A stretch of 26,153 bases of DNA from positions 1 to 26,153 of the IMG/VR virus record IMGVR_UViG_3300032318_000970, one strand, 5' to 3'. The notes beneath the pieces were generated by a model. The model searched no databases, was not told where the DNA came from, and saw nothing but the letters and a program-made list of their open reading frames with translations. Of the stretch, positions 1-9,988 are shown one piece after another; position 1 is the stretch's first letter, and every line of letters starts with the position of its first letter. The DNA is from a virus (Duplodnaviria; Caudoviricetes). The translations under genes were made by a program, and so were the position numbers.

Positions 1-306
1 AAATATACAAAACTTCAGTCAGATTACAACTTGTTACGTAAGTCCAAGTTCCGTTATTATCGTGGCGAGTTGTCACGCGATGAATTAACTGAATACGGTT
101 GGGAGCAGTGGCAAGGAGTCAAGCCAATGAAGAATGAGATGGATGAGTTCTTAACTGGCGACAGCGATTTAAATACATTAGAAGTCAAAATAAAATATCT
201 CGAAACGATGATATATCTTTTAGAATCTATTCTTGGACAAATTAAAGCCAGAGACTGGCAACTTAAAACTGCCGTAGAATGGAAAAAATTTTTAGCAGGA
301 ATGTAA
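1..306 (+). CDS. uvsY: UvsY recombination mediator (5'-truncated by window edge)
   Basis: Frame is open from base 1 (KYTKLQSDYNLLRK...). C-terminal pattern (YYRGE...DSDL...IKARDWQLKTAVEWKKFLAG) is typical of T4-like UvsY, and it lies directly upstream of uvsW. Confidence 0.9.
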   Translation, partial: KYTKLQSDYNLLRKSKFRYYRGELSRDELTEYGWEQWQGVKPMKNEMDEFLTGDSDLNTLEVKIKYLETMIYLLESILGQIKARDWQLKTAVEWKKFLAGM

Positions 307-1794
307 TTGACTACAGTAACTATTGAAAAACTCGATGAGGTTCATGTACGCATTTTTTCAGACGCGAGTATAGAACAGGAACTCTGCGACTTTTTCACTT
401 ACGAATATCCAGGTGCTAGGTTTACACCACAGTATAGAGCAAGATTGTGGGATGGTAAAGTTCGCCTGTACGATCAGGTAAGAAAAACATTATACGTTGG
501 ACTAATTAATTACGTAGAGCAGTTTTGCGAGAACAACAATTATACAGTTACATGGAAAACCGATATGAAGTTTTCCCATGGATACACGTTAGAAAAAATT
601 GAGCAATACGTTCGATCTTTAGATCTACCAACTAAGATAGAAATTAGAGATTACCAAATAGAAGCAATTAAAACTGCTTTAGATAAAGACAGAGTTGTAT
701 TGCTATCACCGACTGCATCTGGCAAATCATTTATTATTTACAGCATTATGCGCTGGCACTTAGAGCAGGGACATAAATGTATTCTTATTGTTCCAACAAC
801 TTCCCTAGTAGAGCAAATGTACTTTGACTTCGAGGATTATTCCTCAGTCAACAAGTGGTCAGTTAAATCGCACTGTCAAAAATTGTATAGTGGATTCCCC
901 AAAGAGTTTAGTAAAGACGTATTGATTACTACATGGCAGTCAATCTATCTTCAGCCACGTGCTTGGTTTAAACAATTTAATGTTATGTTTGGAGATGAAG
1001 CGCACAACTTTAAAGCGAAATCCCTAACTGGTGTTATGGAAAAGATGGACAACATATCCTATAGAATAGGAACAACTGGAACTCTTGATAACAAAAAAGT
1101 GCATCGTTTAGTTCTTGAAGGTATATTTGGACCTGTCCATAAAGTTATTACAACCAAACAACTTATGGAAACAGATAGAGTTGCCAAGTTAAATATAACT
1201 TGTTTGATACTAAAGTATTCTGAAGAAATTCGACAGGCTAATAAAAATAATAAATACCAGGAAGAGATGGATTGGATTGTTTCTCATGAACCGAGGAACA
1301 AATTTATTAGGAATTTAGCACTTAAGTCAACTGGCAATACTTTAGTATTATTCCAGTATGTTGAGAAACATGGTAAAGTTCTTTATGAAATGATAAAACA
1401 ACAGGCACATAAAGATCGTAAAGTATTTTTTGTATATGGTGGAACTGACACCAGCGACAGGGAAGCGATACGACACATAGCTGAGGGTGAGGATGATGCT
1501 ATTATCATTGCGTCTTTCGGAACTTTTTCAACTGGCATTAACATCCCCTCGATTGAGAATGTTATATTCGCTTCTCCATCTAAAAGTAAGATTCGGAATT
1601 TACAAAGTATTGGTCGTGGATTGAGGTTGAAAAAAGGTAAGACTCATTGTAATCTGTACGATATGGCAGATGACTTACATTGGAAGTCTTGGAAGAATCA
1701 TACTTTAAATCATGCAGCAGAAAGGTATAAGACGTATGCTGAAGAACAGTTTGAGACTAAGTTGGTAGAGGTAAATCTATGTCCAACTACGTAG
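307..1794 (+). CDS. uvsW: UvsW SF2 RNA-DNA/DNA helicase
   Basis: WDGKVRL N-terminal motif, Q-motif RDYQ, Walker A SPTASGKS, DEAH box, QSIGRGLR motif VI. TTG start immediately follows the uvsY stop. Confidence 0.96.
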   Translation: MTTVTIEKLDEVHVRIFSDASIEQELCDFFTYEYPGARFTPQYRARLWDGKVRLYDQVRKTLYVGLINYVEQFCENNNYTVTWKTDMKFSHGYTLEKIEQYVRSLDLPTKIEIRDYQIEAIKTALDKDRVVLLSPTASGKSFIIYSIMRWHLEQGHKCILIVPTTSLVEQMYFDFEDYSSVNKWSVKSHCQKLYSGFPKEFSKDVLITTWQSIYLQPRAWFKQFNVMFGDEAHNFKAKSLTGVMEKMDNISYRIGTTGTLDNKKVHRLVLEGIFGPVHKVITTKQLMETDRVAKLNITCLILKYSEEIRQANKNNKYQEEMDWIVSHEPRNKFIRNLALKSTGNTLVLFQYVEKHGKVLYEMIKQQAHKDRKVFFVYGGTDTSDREAIRHIAEGEDDAIIIASFGTFSTGINIPSIENVIFASPSKSKIRNLQSIGRGLRLKKGKTHCNLYDMADDLHWKSWKNHTLNHAAERYKTYAEEQFETKLVEVNLCPTT

Positions 1795-2246
1795 TTGTAA
1801 AATTAGTTTCTGGAGAGCAGTTGATGGCAGATTTGTCATCTGAGAATGAATCCACTCTAAATCTACTGAACCCGATGCTAATTAAAACAAGAGAACTAGA
1901 AGATGGTGAATCTATAACAGCAATTCCTTATTGCCAATTCTCATCAGACAAGATGTTTAATATTCTAAAGACACATATAATGTATACCAAACAAATGCAT
2001 GAAGTATTCATTCCTCATTATGTTAGGATTGTAAAAGAACATGAGGAACATATAGAGTTGAGAACCAATAAAAAAGAACAAGAGCAACAAACTCTTGATT
2101 GGGAAGATACAGAAAGTCTAACTACAGAGGAAATTCAAAAGCGTATAGATGTTTTAGAATCTTTGTTTGGCAATCAAGAAGAATCTCCTGTCGAAGAGAA
2201 AGAAGAAACGAGAGTTGTTTCGAAAGGAAATAAAACATTTCACTAA
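1779..2246 (+). CDS. Conserved T4-like hypothetical protein, probable Sm-like fold with acidic tail
   Basis: Starts VVVKLVSGEQLMA...LLNPM and ends in an acidic tail with KTFH. This is the usual position between uvsW and gp55 in T4-like phages. Confidence 0.7.
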   Translation: MSNYVVVKLVSGEQLMADLSSENESTLNLLNPMLIKTRELEDGESITAIPYCQFSSDKMFNILKTHIMYTKQMHEVFIPHYVRIVKEHEEHIELRTNKKEQEQQTLDWEDTESLTTEEIQKRIDVLESLFGNQEESPVEEKEETRVVSKGNKTFH

Positions 2247-2271
2247 TCTCATCATCAACCCCGACACCGTA

Positions 2272-2300
2272 ATTATGGGGCTTTTTCAAATTAATGTAAA
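2272..2300 (-). promoter_or_regulatory. Antisense sigma70-type promoter pointing back into the Sm-like gene/uvsW
   Basis: On the minus strand: TTTACA (2300-2295), 17 bp spacer, CATAAT (2277-2272). Confidence 0.6.
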
Positions 2301-2326
2301 ATTTATTTCTTTGTAAAAAAATAAGT

Positions 2327-2355
2327 TTTACATTATATCAACAATACAGTATACT
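2327..2355 (+). promoter_or_regulatory. Sigma70-type (early) promoter for gp55
   Basis: TTTACA (2327-2332), 17 bp spacer, TATACT (2350-2355). Confidence 0.75.
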
Positions 2356-2387
2356 TGTGAATGCTGGATCAAAACCAGGAACTTAAT

Positions 2388-2936
2388 ATGGCACACTATG
2401 TAAACAATGCTGATTTTTTAGCTGCGATAAAAGAATACAAACAAAAGGTAAAAGAGGCTGAGGAGAGCGGATCACCTAAGCCACAGGTTAGTAATTATCT
2501 TGGTGAGTGTATTCTGAAAATTGCAACTCATCTATCTTATAAACCTAACTTTATTAACTACTCATACAAAGATGATATGATCTTGGATGGTATTGAGAAC
2601 TGCATTCAATACATTGATAACTTTGATCCAGCTAAGTCTAGCAATCCATTCGCGTATTTTACGCAGATCATTTATTATGCTTTCTTGCGAAGAATATCTA
2701 AAGAAAAAAAGCAGGCATATATTAAGACTAAACTTATAATGGATATGCCAATCGATACATTTGATCTGCAAGAACAAGACGAAGGCGAACAGTTTCAAAA
2801 TGCATACTTGGATTTTCTGCAACACAATATGCAAGACTTTTCTGCATTCGAGGAAAAACATATATCAAAAAAGAAAAAGAAGAAAGATACCCTTGAAGAT
2901 TTTATAGGTGATAATGATGGCGAAGTCAATACGTAA
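2388..2936 (+). CDS. gp55: Late-transcription sigma factor gp55
   Basis: HYVNNADFL, IATHLSYKPNFINYSYKDDMILDGIENC and NPFAYFTQIIYYAFLRRISKEKKQ motifs. Start moved to ATG 2388, which has AGGA at 2377-2380. Confidence 0.96.
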   Translation: MAHYVNNADFLAAIKEYKQKVKEAEESGSPKPQVSNYLGECILKIATHLSYKPNFINYSYKDDMILDGIENCIQYIDNFDPAKSSNPFAYFTQIIYYAFLRRISKEKKQAYIKTKLIMDMPIDTFDLQEQDEGEQFQNAYLDFLQHNMQDFSAFEEKHISKKKKKKDTLEDFIGDNDGEVNT

Positions 2937-4107
2937 ATTATTGGAACAACTTAACCCCATTAATTACAGAGAAATTATTAACGAAGTAAGATACAAAAGA
3001 AGAAGATCAAAAACGCGACGAGTAAACAGTAGATTTCTTAAAGGTTATACTTGGGATGCGTATGATGGTAATATAAATTGGAAAGAGATTATGAATAACA
3101 ATAATGAACAGATTTTTTTGGGCGTATCAGATTTTGAGGATCTGGTTACATCTGAGGTTATGCGGAGACGTGTTGACGCTAGCCTAACAACAGTACAAAG
3201 AGAAACAACAGTTCTGTGTAATCGTGATACCTGGAAAAGATGGGCAGAGAATCAATTCCAAGATTTTCTCTTTATGCAATCTAATTCTTCATCGGGTTTC
3301 ATTGTTGAACAGGCTACTAAAAATCTTATCAAGTTCAGCGTGAATAGTAATTCAACAGAAGTGCGTGCATATGGTGATGAAGATTTTTGCGATGGAATAA
3401 TCGAACTTGTCGAATCTAATTTCTCTGTTGTAACTTCTTACATTGAATGGATTTATGGCAGCGATGGCAATTCTGTTAACGTGCCTTTAAATCGCGATCG
3501 TCTCCCTATTGAGGAAATGTATCCGTTTCTAAAAGGCGAATCTCTTGGCGACTACTACGATCGCTACATGGAATCTTCCGCAAACATTCTTCTTTTGATC
3601 GGTCCACCTGGTACTGGCAAAACTACATTCATTCGTGGTCTACTCGCACATCGTTCTTGTTCTGCCATTGTTACATATGACGCAGGTATCCTCGAGAAAG
3701 ATGGGTTTTTTGCTCGCTTCATTGAAGATGATGCAGAGGTTATGGTTCTCGAAGACAGCGATACTTTTTTAAAATCGCGCAGCGATGGCAACACAATGAT
3801 GCATCGTTTCCTTAATGTGGGCGATGGTCTTGTGACAACCAAAGGTAAGAAGATGATCTTCTCTACCAACCTTCCAAGCATTCGTGATATCGACGCTGCT
3901 CTTATTCGTCCAGGTCGTTGCTTTGATATTGTTGAATTCAAACCACTATCAATTGACGATGCAAATAAGTTAGCGAGCAAACTCAACACTACTATTCCTG
4001 AGAAGAAAACAGGTGAGACTGATGAGTATTCTATTGCTGAGATCTTCAATGAGCAAACTGAAAGAAAACATACATCTAAAGCCAATAGGAAAGTTGGCTT
4101 CGTATGA
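2917..4107 (+). CDS. Classical-clade AAA ATPase with unknown N-terminal domain
   Basis: Walker A GPPGTGKT, Walker B VMVLEDSD, sensor-1 FSTN, second region of homology IDAALIRPGRCFD, C-terminal KVGF. Start could instead be 3091. Confidence 0.85.
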   Translation: MAKSIRKLLEQLNPINYREIINEVRYKRRRSKTRRVNSRFLKGYTWDAYDGNINWKEIMNNNNEQIFLGVSDFEDLVTSEVMRRRVDASLTTVQRETTVLCNRDTWKRWAENQFQDFLFMQSNSSSGFIVEQATKNLIKFSVNSNSTEVRAYGDEDFCDGIIELVESNFSVVTSYIEWIYGSDGNSVNVPLNRDRLPIEEMYPFLKGESLGDYYDRYMESSANILLLIGPPGTGKTTFIRGLLAHRSCSAIVTYDAGILEKDGFFARFIEDDAEVMVLEDSDTFLKSRSDGNTMMHRFLNVGDGLVTTKGKKMIFSTNLPSIRDIDAALIRPGRCFDIVEFKPLSIDDANKLASKLNTTIPEKKTGETDEYSIAEIFNEQTERKHTSKANRKVGFV

Positions 4108-4277
4108 TCCGTGTAAAGTTAGAATATACTAGCGGAACTACGGAAGAAAAGCAGTTCTCCAATAATCTTGAGATGTTTGATTACATCAAAACACATGGAT
4201 ATAACATCCAAACTATGGAGGTTGATGATGAAGGTAGCAATAATAACAGACCAGCATTTTGGTGCGAGAAACGATAG
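4104..4277 (+). CDS. Small hypothetical protein (57 aa, MIRVKLEYTSGTTEEKQF...), not in the ORF track
   Basis: ATGA overlap with the AAA ATPase stop. It fills the gap before gp47 and overlaps the gp47 start. Confidence 0.55.
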   Translation: MIRVKLEYTSGTTEEKQFSNNLEMFDYIKTHGYNIQTMEVDDEGSNNNRPAFWCEKR

Positions 4278-5280
4278 CATTGCGTTTCTAGATTTTTTTG
4301 AGAAATTTTATGATAACACATTTTTCCCAACAATTATTAGAGCCGACATTAATACTGTTCTTATTCTTGGCGATACTTTTGATAGGCGTAAATATGTAAA
4401 CTTCTATGCACTTGATCGTGCCAAGAAAATGTTCTTCGATAAGTTAGAACAGATGAACATTCAAGTTTATATGTTGGCTGGCAATCACGACACATATTTT
4501 AAAAACACAAATGAAGTAAACTCGCCAGAGTTACTATTACAACAATATAGTAATATAAATGTTATTTCAAAACCAACTACGATATCAGTTTATGACACTG
4601 ACATTTGTATGGTTCCATGGATCTGCGCAGAAAATTATCAATCATCTTTAGATGAGATGACTAAAACAAAAGCAGAAATTTGCATGGGGCATTTTGAGAT
4701 TGCAGGGTTCGCAATGTATAGGGGGATGCAATCTAATGAAGGACTATCTAAAGAAACATTTAACAAGTTTGATATGGTTTTTTCTGGTCATTATCATCAT
4801 AGGTCAGATGATGGTCATATCTATTATCTGGGCAATCCCTATGAACTTACTTGGCAGGATTACAAAGACCCTCGAGGATTCCACTTGTTTGATCTCGACA
4901 ACAGAGGACTTGAATTCATACCAAATCCATATGTTATGTTCGAAAGGGTCGAATACGACGACAAAGAAGGAGAGCCCACCGATCTCGACACCTTTGATCT
5001 AAAAGACTGTTATGTCAAACTTGTAGTTGTAAATAAAACTGACTATTATAAATTTGACAAGTTTATTCAAAAACTGTATACTAAAGGGTGCGCAGATATT
5101 AAGATCATTGAAGATCTTTCAGAGTTTGAAGATGGTGAAGTTGGCGAGGAAATAAATCTTGAGGATACTCTTTCTGTTCTCTCCAACTATATTGACTCTG
5201 TTGAAACTGATGTCGACAAAGAACAGGTGAAAACATTTATGAGAACTCTTTATACAGAAGCAGTTAATGTGGAGGTTTAA
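4228..5280 (+). CDS. gp47: gp47 Mre11/SbcD-like recombination nuclease subunit
   Basis: Metallophosphoesterase motifs TDQHFG, LGDTFDRRK, GNHD, GHFE, SGHYH, LGNPYE. GGAGG SD at 4217-4221. Confidence 0.96.
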   Translation: MKVAIITDQHFGARNDSIAFLDFFEKFYDNTFFPTIIRADINTVLILGDTFDRRKYVNFYALDRAKKMFFDKLEQMNIQVYMLAGNHDTYFKNTNEVNSPELLLQQYSNINVISKPTTISVYDTDICMVPWICAENYQSSLDEMTKTKAEICMGHFEIAGFAMYRGMQSNEGLSKETFNKFDMVFSGHYHHRSDDGHIYYLGNPYELTWQDYKDPRGFHLFDLDNRGLEFIPNPYVMFERVEYDDKEGEPTDLDTFDLKDCYVKLVVVNKTDYYKFDKFIQKLYTKGCADIKIIEDLSEFEDGEVGEEINLEDTLSVLSNYIDSVETDVDKEQVKTFMRTLYTEAVNVEV

Positions 5281-6998
5281 TGATTACATTTAAATCTATA
5301 TCTTGGAAAAACTTTCTATCAACAGGTAATTCATTAAACAAAGTATTACTCAATAAATCTAGTACTACTCTTATCATTGGTAAGAATGGTGAGGGTAAGA
5401 GTACCATTCTAGATGCATTGTGTTTTGCTTTATTCGGTAAACCATTTCGTAACATCAACAAGGGACAACTGGTAAACTCTATCAATGGTAAGAACTCTTT
5501 GGTTGAGATCGAGTTTAGCGTTGGCAAGAAAGACTATCGCGTAGTCAGAGGAATCAAACCAAACATCTTTGAGATCTATCAGAATGATGAGATGATCAAT
5601 CAAGATGCTGCTGCAAGAGACTATCAAAAGATTCTTGAGCAGCAGATCCTAAAATTAAATTACAAAACTTTTACACAAGTAGTCATTTTAGGATCTGCTT
5701 CTTTCGTTCCATTTATGCAGCTGTCTCCCGCAATGAGACGAGAGGTTATCGAAGACATCCTTGATATAAGAATCTTCTCGACTATGAATCAAATACTCAA
5801 AGAGCGAGCGCAGGAAACTAAAGATGAAATCACTAGGATTGAAAACGAGATTAGCTCTGCACGGGAAAAGGTTGAGTCGCAGCAAGTTCTCATACAGACC
5901 ATCAGTAACGCAAAGGCAGAAAGTATTAAGGCTATTCAAACAAAGATCGATGCTAACAATTCTCAAATTTCTATTGAGCAGGTAGAGATCGGTATTATCT
6001 TGCAGGAGATTACTAATCTCAGAACAAGTATCGAAGGTAAAGATGCTTTGCATGAAGATATTGAAAAAGCAAAACAACTAAAAACCAAGCTGAACGAAAA
6101 GGTAGAAACCTGCGAACACAATGCAGAATTTTTTACAGAACACGAAGTATGCCCTTCCTGCTCTCAAGACATAACAGAAGAGTATAAACAAAAGATTATT
6201 CATGATCTTAAAAATAAAATGCAGGATAACAACAGAAAGATAACTGAACTAGAATCTGCTCTGGAAAATCTAACTAAAAAGTTACAGGAGATCAATAAGA
6301 TCAATGATCAGATAACAGATAAGAATATATTGTTGTCTACTAAGAATTCTACAGTCACTTTACTATCTAAACAAATCAATGAAATGCGGGAAGAACTTTC
6401 CTCGCAGAAACAAGATACAACTAACATAGATGAAGAGAAGAATAAGTTAAAGGTACTCGCCAGTGAAGCACTTGAAAAGATCCAACAGAAAACTAAACTG
6501 CAAGAACAAAGAAATCTAGAGGAAGTTGCAAATATACTATTGAAGGATACTGGTATCAAGACTGCTATCATTCGCGAGTATCTACCTGTTATGAATAAAC
6601 TTATTAACAAATATCTGACTGCTATGGATGCTTACATTCACTTCGAGTTGGACGAGGCATTCAATGAAGTGGTGAAGTCTAGATTTAGAGATGAGTTTAC
6701 ATATGCAAGTTTCTCTGAAGGTGAGAAGATGCGTATTGATCTTTCCATACTTTTCACATGGAGACAGATCGCAAAGATGAAGAACTCTGTTAATACCAAT
6801 CTTCTTATACTAGATGAGATTTTTGATTCTTCATTGGATACAGCGGGGACTGATTACTTCCTGAGTCTTATGAATAGTTTTGGAGAAAATACAAACATAT
6901 TTGTAATCTCTCACAAGGGTGACCAACTGTTTGATAAGTTTAGATCAGTTATTAAATTTGAAAAGAGAAATGATTTCTCTGTGATTGCAGGAGGTTGA
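5280..6998 (+). CDS. gp46: gp46 Rad50/SbcC-like ATPase
   Basis: Walker A GKNGEGKS, coiled coil with CPSC zinc hook, FSEGEKMRID signature, LILDEIFD Walker B, VISH. Confidence 0.97.
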   Translation: MITFKSISWKNFLSTGNSLNKVLLNKSSTTLIIGKNGEGKSTILDALCFALFGKPFRNINKGQLVNSINGKNSLVEIEFSVGKKDYRVVRGIKPNIFEIYQNDEMINQDAAARDYQKILEQQILKLNYKTFTQVVILGSASFVPFMQLSPAMRREVIEDILDIRIFSTMNQILKERAQETKDEITRIENEISSAREKVESQQVLIQTISNAKAESIKAIQTKIDANNSQISIEQVEIGIILQEITNLRTSIEGKDALHEDIEKAKQLKTKLNEKVETCEHNAEFFTEHEVCPSCSQDITEEYKQKIIHDLKNKMQDNNRKITELESALENLTKKLQEINKINDQITDKNILLSTKNSTVTLLSKQINEMREELSSQKQDTTNIDEEKNKLKVLASEALEKIQQKTKLQEQRNLEEVANILLKDTGIKTAIIREYLPVMNKLINKYLTAMDAYIHFELDEAFNEVVKSRFRDEFTYASFSEGEKMRIDLSILFTWRQIAKMKNSVNTNLLILDEIFDSSLDTAGTDYFLSLMNSFGENTNIFVISHKGDQLFDKFRSVIKFEKRNDFSVIAGG

Positions 6999-6999
6999 T

Positions 7000-7578
7000 A
7001 TGGCGTGGTTTCTAGAAGCAAATAGTATAACAGAAAGATGGGCTTATACTGATGCGGTATTTAATGCTGAAGAATGTTCTGATTTAATTAAACTCGCATT
7101 AGATTCTGACTCAAAAACTCAAGCGAAAACTGGAACTGATCCTATTCTGAACAATGTTAGAAAAGGTAGCGTGGTTTGGCTAGATGAAAAGAAAGAGGAA
7201 AACTTTTGGGTCTATAGAAGATGTACTGACATTATTAGTAATTTAAACAAAAAGTATTTCAACTATGATCTAACATTCATAGAAACATTACAGTTTACAA
7301 TATATGATGACACTAATGATTACTATGGAATGCACGTAGATAATATGTACAGAGGATACGGCTGCAGAAAACTCTCTTTTAGCGTTCAGTTATCGAGTGA
7401 AGAAAACTATTCTGGTTGTGAGTTGAAACTCTATTATGATAACAAACCAGTTACAGCGCCAAAAAATCTTGGAATGCTAATAGCATTTAGCTCTATGGTT
7501 TTGCATGAGGTTACCCCAATAACCAAAGGAACACGGTACTCTTTAGTGGGTTGGGTGCACGGTCCAAAGTTCAGATAA
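7000..7578 (+). CDS. 2OG-Fe(II) oxygenase (prolyl-4-hydroxylase/PKHD-like)
   Basis: HVD (HxD), RKLSFSVQL, HEVTPITKGTRYSLVGWVHGP. GGAGG SD before ATG 7000. Confidence 0.9.
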   Translation: MAWFLEANSITERWAYTDAVFNAEECSDLIKLALDSDSKTQAKTGTDPILNNVRKGSVVWLDEKKEENFWVYRRCTDIISNLNKKYFNYDLTFIETLQFTIYDDTNDYYGMHVDNMYRGYGCRKLSFSVQLSSEENYSGCELKLYYDNKPVTAPKNLGMLIAFSSMVLHEVTPITKGTRYSLVGWVHGPKFR

Positions 7579-7599
7579 CCCTGCAAGATGTAGGGTTAT
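7575..7599. repeat. Palindrome copy 1 (ATAACCCTGCA-AGA-TGTAGGGTTAT)
   Basis: Inverted repeat with one G-T pair. Related copies at 9899 and 16940. Confidence 0.8.
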
Positions 7600-7633
7600 T
7601 TGCAGATCCGCTCCAGATAAGGGTTTGCAAGAC

Positions 7634-7662
7634 TTTACTTTAATTCAGAAAAGGAGCATAAT
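7634..7662 (+). promoter_or_regulatory. Sigma70-type early promoter for the vWA/peptidase gene
   Basis: TTTACT, 17 bp spacer, CATAAT. Shares CTTTACWWTAATTCA with the promoters at 9928 and 16978. Confidence 0.7.
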
Positions 7663-7698
7663 TACTACTGGAATCATCATTGAGGAAATATATAAATT

Positions 7699-9891
7699 AT
7701 GGAAATTAAAGCAACCGATATTTCTGCACGTTTGTTAGCCACTGAGAATCTTTCAGTCGTGCGAGCAAATGCTCAAACTGCATCTTTTGACATTGTTTCT
7801 CGTGTTTTGACTATTCCTTTGTGGAAGAACATGACACCTGAGATTGAAGACATGCTCATTGCGCATGAAGTCGGTCATGCCTTGTACACAGGTATGGAGT
7901 ACATGGCACCAATCAAGGAATTCCCCAAACTAAAATCATATATGAATGTTCTCGAGGATGTTCGCATCGAGAAACTCATTAAACGTACATATCCTGGTTT
8001 GCGGAAACGTATGAGCGATGGTTATAAACAACTCATTGATCGCGACTTCTTTGGCATCAAACAGATCCAAAATTTGGATGAACTGCTTTTGATTGACAAA
8101 ATTAATCTCTATTACAAAGTTGGTTTGACTAGTGGGGTCAAATTCACCCCAGAAGAAAAAGTATTTGTCGATCGCGCAGAAAGAACTGAAACGATTGATG
8201 AAGTTGTTCAGCTAGCCAAAGCCATATATGAATATTCCTTAAAGAAACACAAGGAAGAAAAAGAATCTTTGTCCACCAATGATCTAGAAATCGGTGGCGA
8301 CGATGACGATGAGTATGTCTTCATGGATGCTGATACTGACTACGAACTTATTGAACGCAATTCTTCTGAGGAAGATGAATCTGATGCCAGTCTAAAAAAA
8401 CAGGGTAACAAATCAGAGTATAGTGAAACTGAGAGTGAGGATAATCTTGAGTCCAAAACAGATTCTGCTATGCAGCGCAAACTGGAAGATCTCGCAGATC
8501 AAGACACCCGATATATTTACTGGAAGTTTGACAAGTTCTATGCACGTGATATAGTTGTTGGTTACAAAACAATTCTGGAAGAAACATTGACCGACATTCA
8601 GTATCATGAAAATTATGTTTCTGAATACTCAAATTATGGAAATTTCGACAGTAAGTTTTACCATAAAAGAGTGCAAGAGAAACTTGACAACTACAATAAA
8701 TTTGTAGCAGAAACTACACGCACAGTAAATTATTTGATCAAAGAGTTTGAGATGAAAAAATCAGCTCAACTCTACAAACGTGCACGTATAGCCAAGACTG
8801 GTGCTTTGAATCTTAATAAACTGTATGCTTATAAACTGCGTGAGGATCTTTTCAAACAGGTTACTATTCTACCGCAAGGAAAAAACCATGGCATGATTAT
8901 GCTTCTGGATTGGTCTGCTTCAATGCAAAAAGTTTTGCATGATACACTCGAGCAGGTTATTTCTCTTGCTACTTTCTGCAAACGTATCGGTATTCCGTAT
9001 CGAGTTCTGGCATTTTCGTCTTGTCACTTTGAGGACAAGTATCGTCGCACCAATTCTGCTAAGATCAATGAGACTTATAATCGTATCAAAGAGCATATGG
9101 AAGAATTGGCGAAATCTAAGCAGTTTGTTATCAATAGCAATACTAACTTTAGTTTACTAGAGTTCTTTAGCAGCGAGATGACTACGACTGAATTCAATTC
9201 TATGTCACGCAGATTGTTAACTGGTACTCTTGTAAAACAGGAAGGATATGGTTTAAACTCAACTCCGCTAAATGAGGCACTGGTATGGGTCTACCATAAC
9301 ATTGGTGACTACATCAAGAAGAATAACATTGAGAAAACTTCTTTGATTACTCTTACTGATGGCGAGGGTAACACATTGTATGCTATTCCTGGTATTGACG
9401 CTAATATGAGTGCTCGCTATTGGAACTCCAATGCACAGCGGTGGTGTCCTTCGCGACATCTTATTAAAGACGAAGTCACGCAAAAAACCTATAATATAGG
9501 AGGCACCAATGCACAACAAACATTGGTTTTGCTTAATATGATTAAGGATCGTTACAATATTAGGACAGTAGGATTCCACATTGTTGATAATGATAGGCGT
9601 GCTCTGCACTGGGCAGGATCTTCAAATTTACCCATGTATGAGGGTAACATGTCATTATTGATTGATGACTGGAAAAAGCAGTTTAGAAACAATGGATTTG
9701 CTCTTGTTAATAATGCTGGTCGTGATGAGTTGTATATGATTCCAAGTTCATCTACAAAGATTGTAGAAAAAATATTGGAAGTTAGTTCTGATTCGACTGC
9801 TCGGTCTATCGCAAAGTCTTTTGGAAATTACATGAGCAACAAAAGAACAAGCAGGATTCTTTTGAATCGGTTTATAAGCGTAGTTGCATAG
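7699..9891 (+). CDS. CobT-like protein: N-terminal zincin metallopeptidase domain, acidic linker, C-terminal vWA domain
   Basis: AHEVGHAL (HExxH) followed by NVLEDVRIE, Asp/Glu-rich linker, MIDAS LLDWSASM, TPLNEAL and LITLTDGEG. Adjacent to a MoxR ATPase. Confidence 0.85.
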   Translation: MEIKATDISARLLATENLSVVRANAQTASFDIVSRVLTIPLWKNMTPEIEDMLIAHEVGHALYTGMEYMAPIKEFPKLKSYMNVLEDVRIEKLIKRTYPGLRKRMSDGYKQLIDRDFFGIKQIQNLDELLLIDKINLYYKVGLTSGVKFTPEEKVFVDRAERTETIDEVVQLAKAIYEYSLKKHKEEKESLSTNDLEIGGDDDDEYVFMDADTDYELIERNSSEEDESDASLKKQGNKSEYSETESEDNLESKTDSAMQRKLEDLADQDTRYIYWKFDKFYARDIVVGYKTILEETLTDIQYHENYVSEYSNYGNFDSKFYHKRVQEKLDNYNKFVAETTRTVNYLIKEFEMKKSAQLYKRARIAKTGALNLNKLYAYKLREDLFKQVTILPQGKNHGMIMLLDWSASMQKVLHDTLEQVISLATFCKRIGIPYRVLAFSSCHFEDKYRRTNSAKINETYNRIKEHMEELAKSKQFVINSNTNFSLLEFFSSEMTTTEFNSMSRRLLTGTLVKQEGYGLNSTPLNEALVWVYHNIGDYIKKNNIEKTSLITLTDGEGNTLYAIPGIDANMSARYWNSNAQRWCPSRHLIKDEVTQKTYNIGGTNAQQTLVLLNMIKDRYNIRTVGFHIVDNDRRALHWAGSSNLPMYEGNMSLLIDDWKKQFRNNGFALVNNAGRDELYMIPSSSTKIVEKILEVSSDSTARSIAKSFGNYMSNKRTSRILLNRFISVVA

Positions 9892-9898
9892 GATTTTA

Positions 9899-9925
9899 AA
9901 TAACCCTACACCCCGTAGGGTTATT
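9899..9925. repeat. Palindrome copy 2 (AATAACCCTAC-ACCCC-GTAGGGTTATT)
   Basis: Perfect 11-bp inverted repeat ending just upstream of a -35 box (2 bp gap). Confidence 0.85.
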
Positions 9926-9927
9926 AC

Positions 9928-9956
9928 TTTACATTAATTCAAGATTGCAGTATAAT
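9928..9956 (+). promoter_or_regulatory. Sigma70-type early promoter for the CobS-like gene
   Basis: TTTACA, 17 bp spacer, TATAAT. Confidence 0.85.
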
Positions 9957-9988
9957 TGTTTTTGTAATATAAATTATGGAGATATGTG

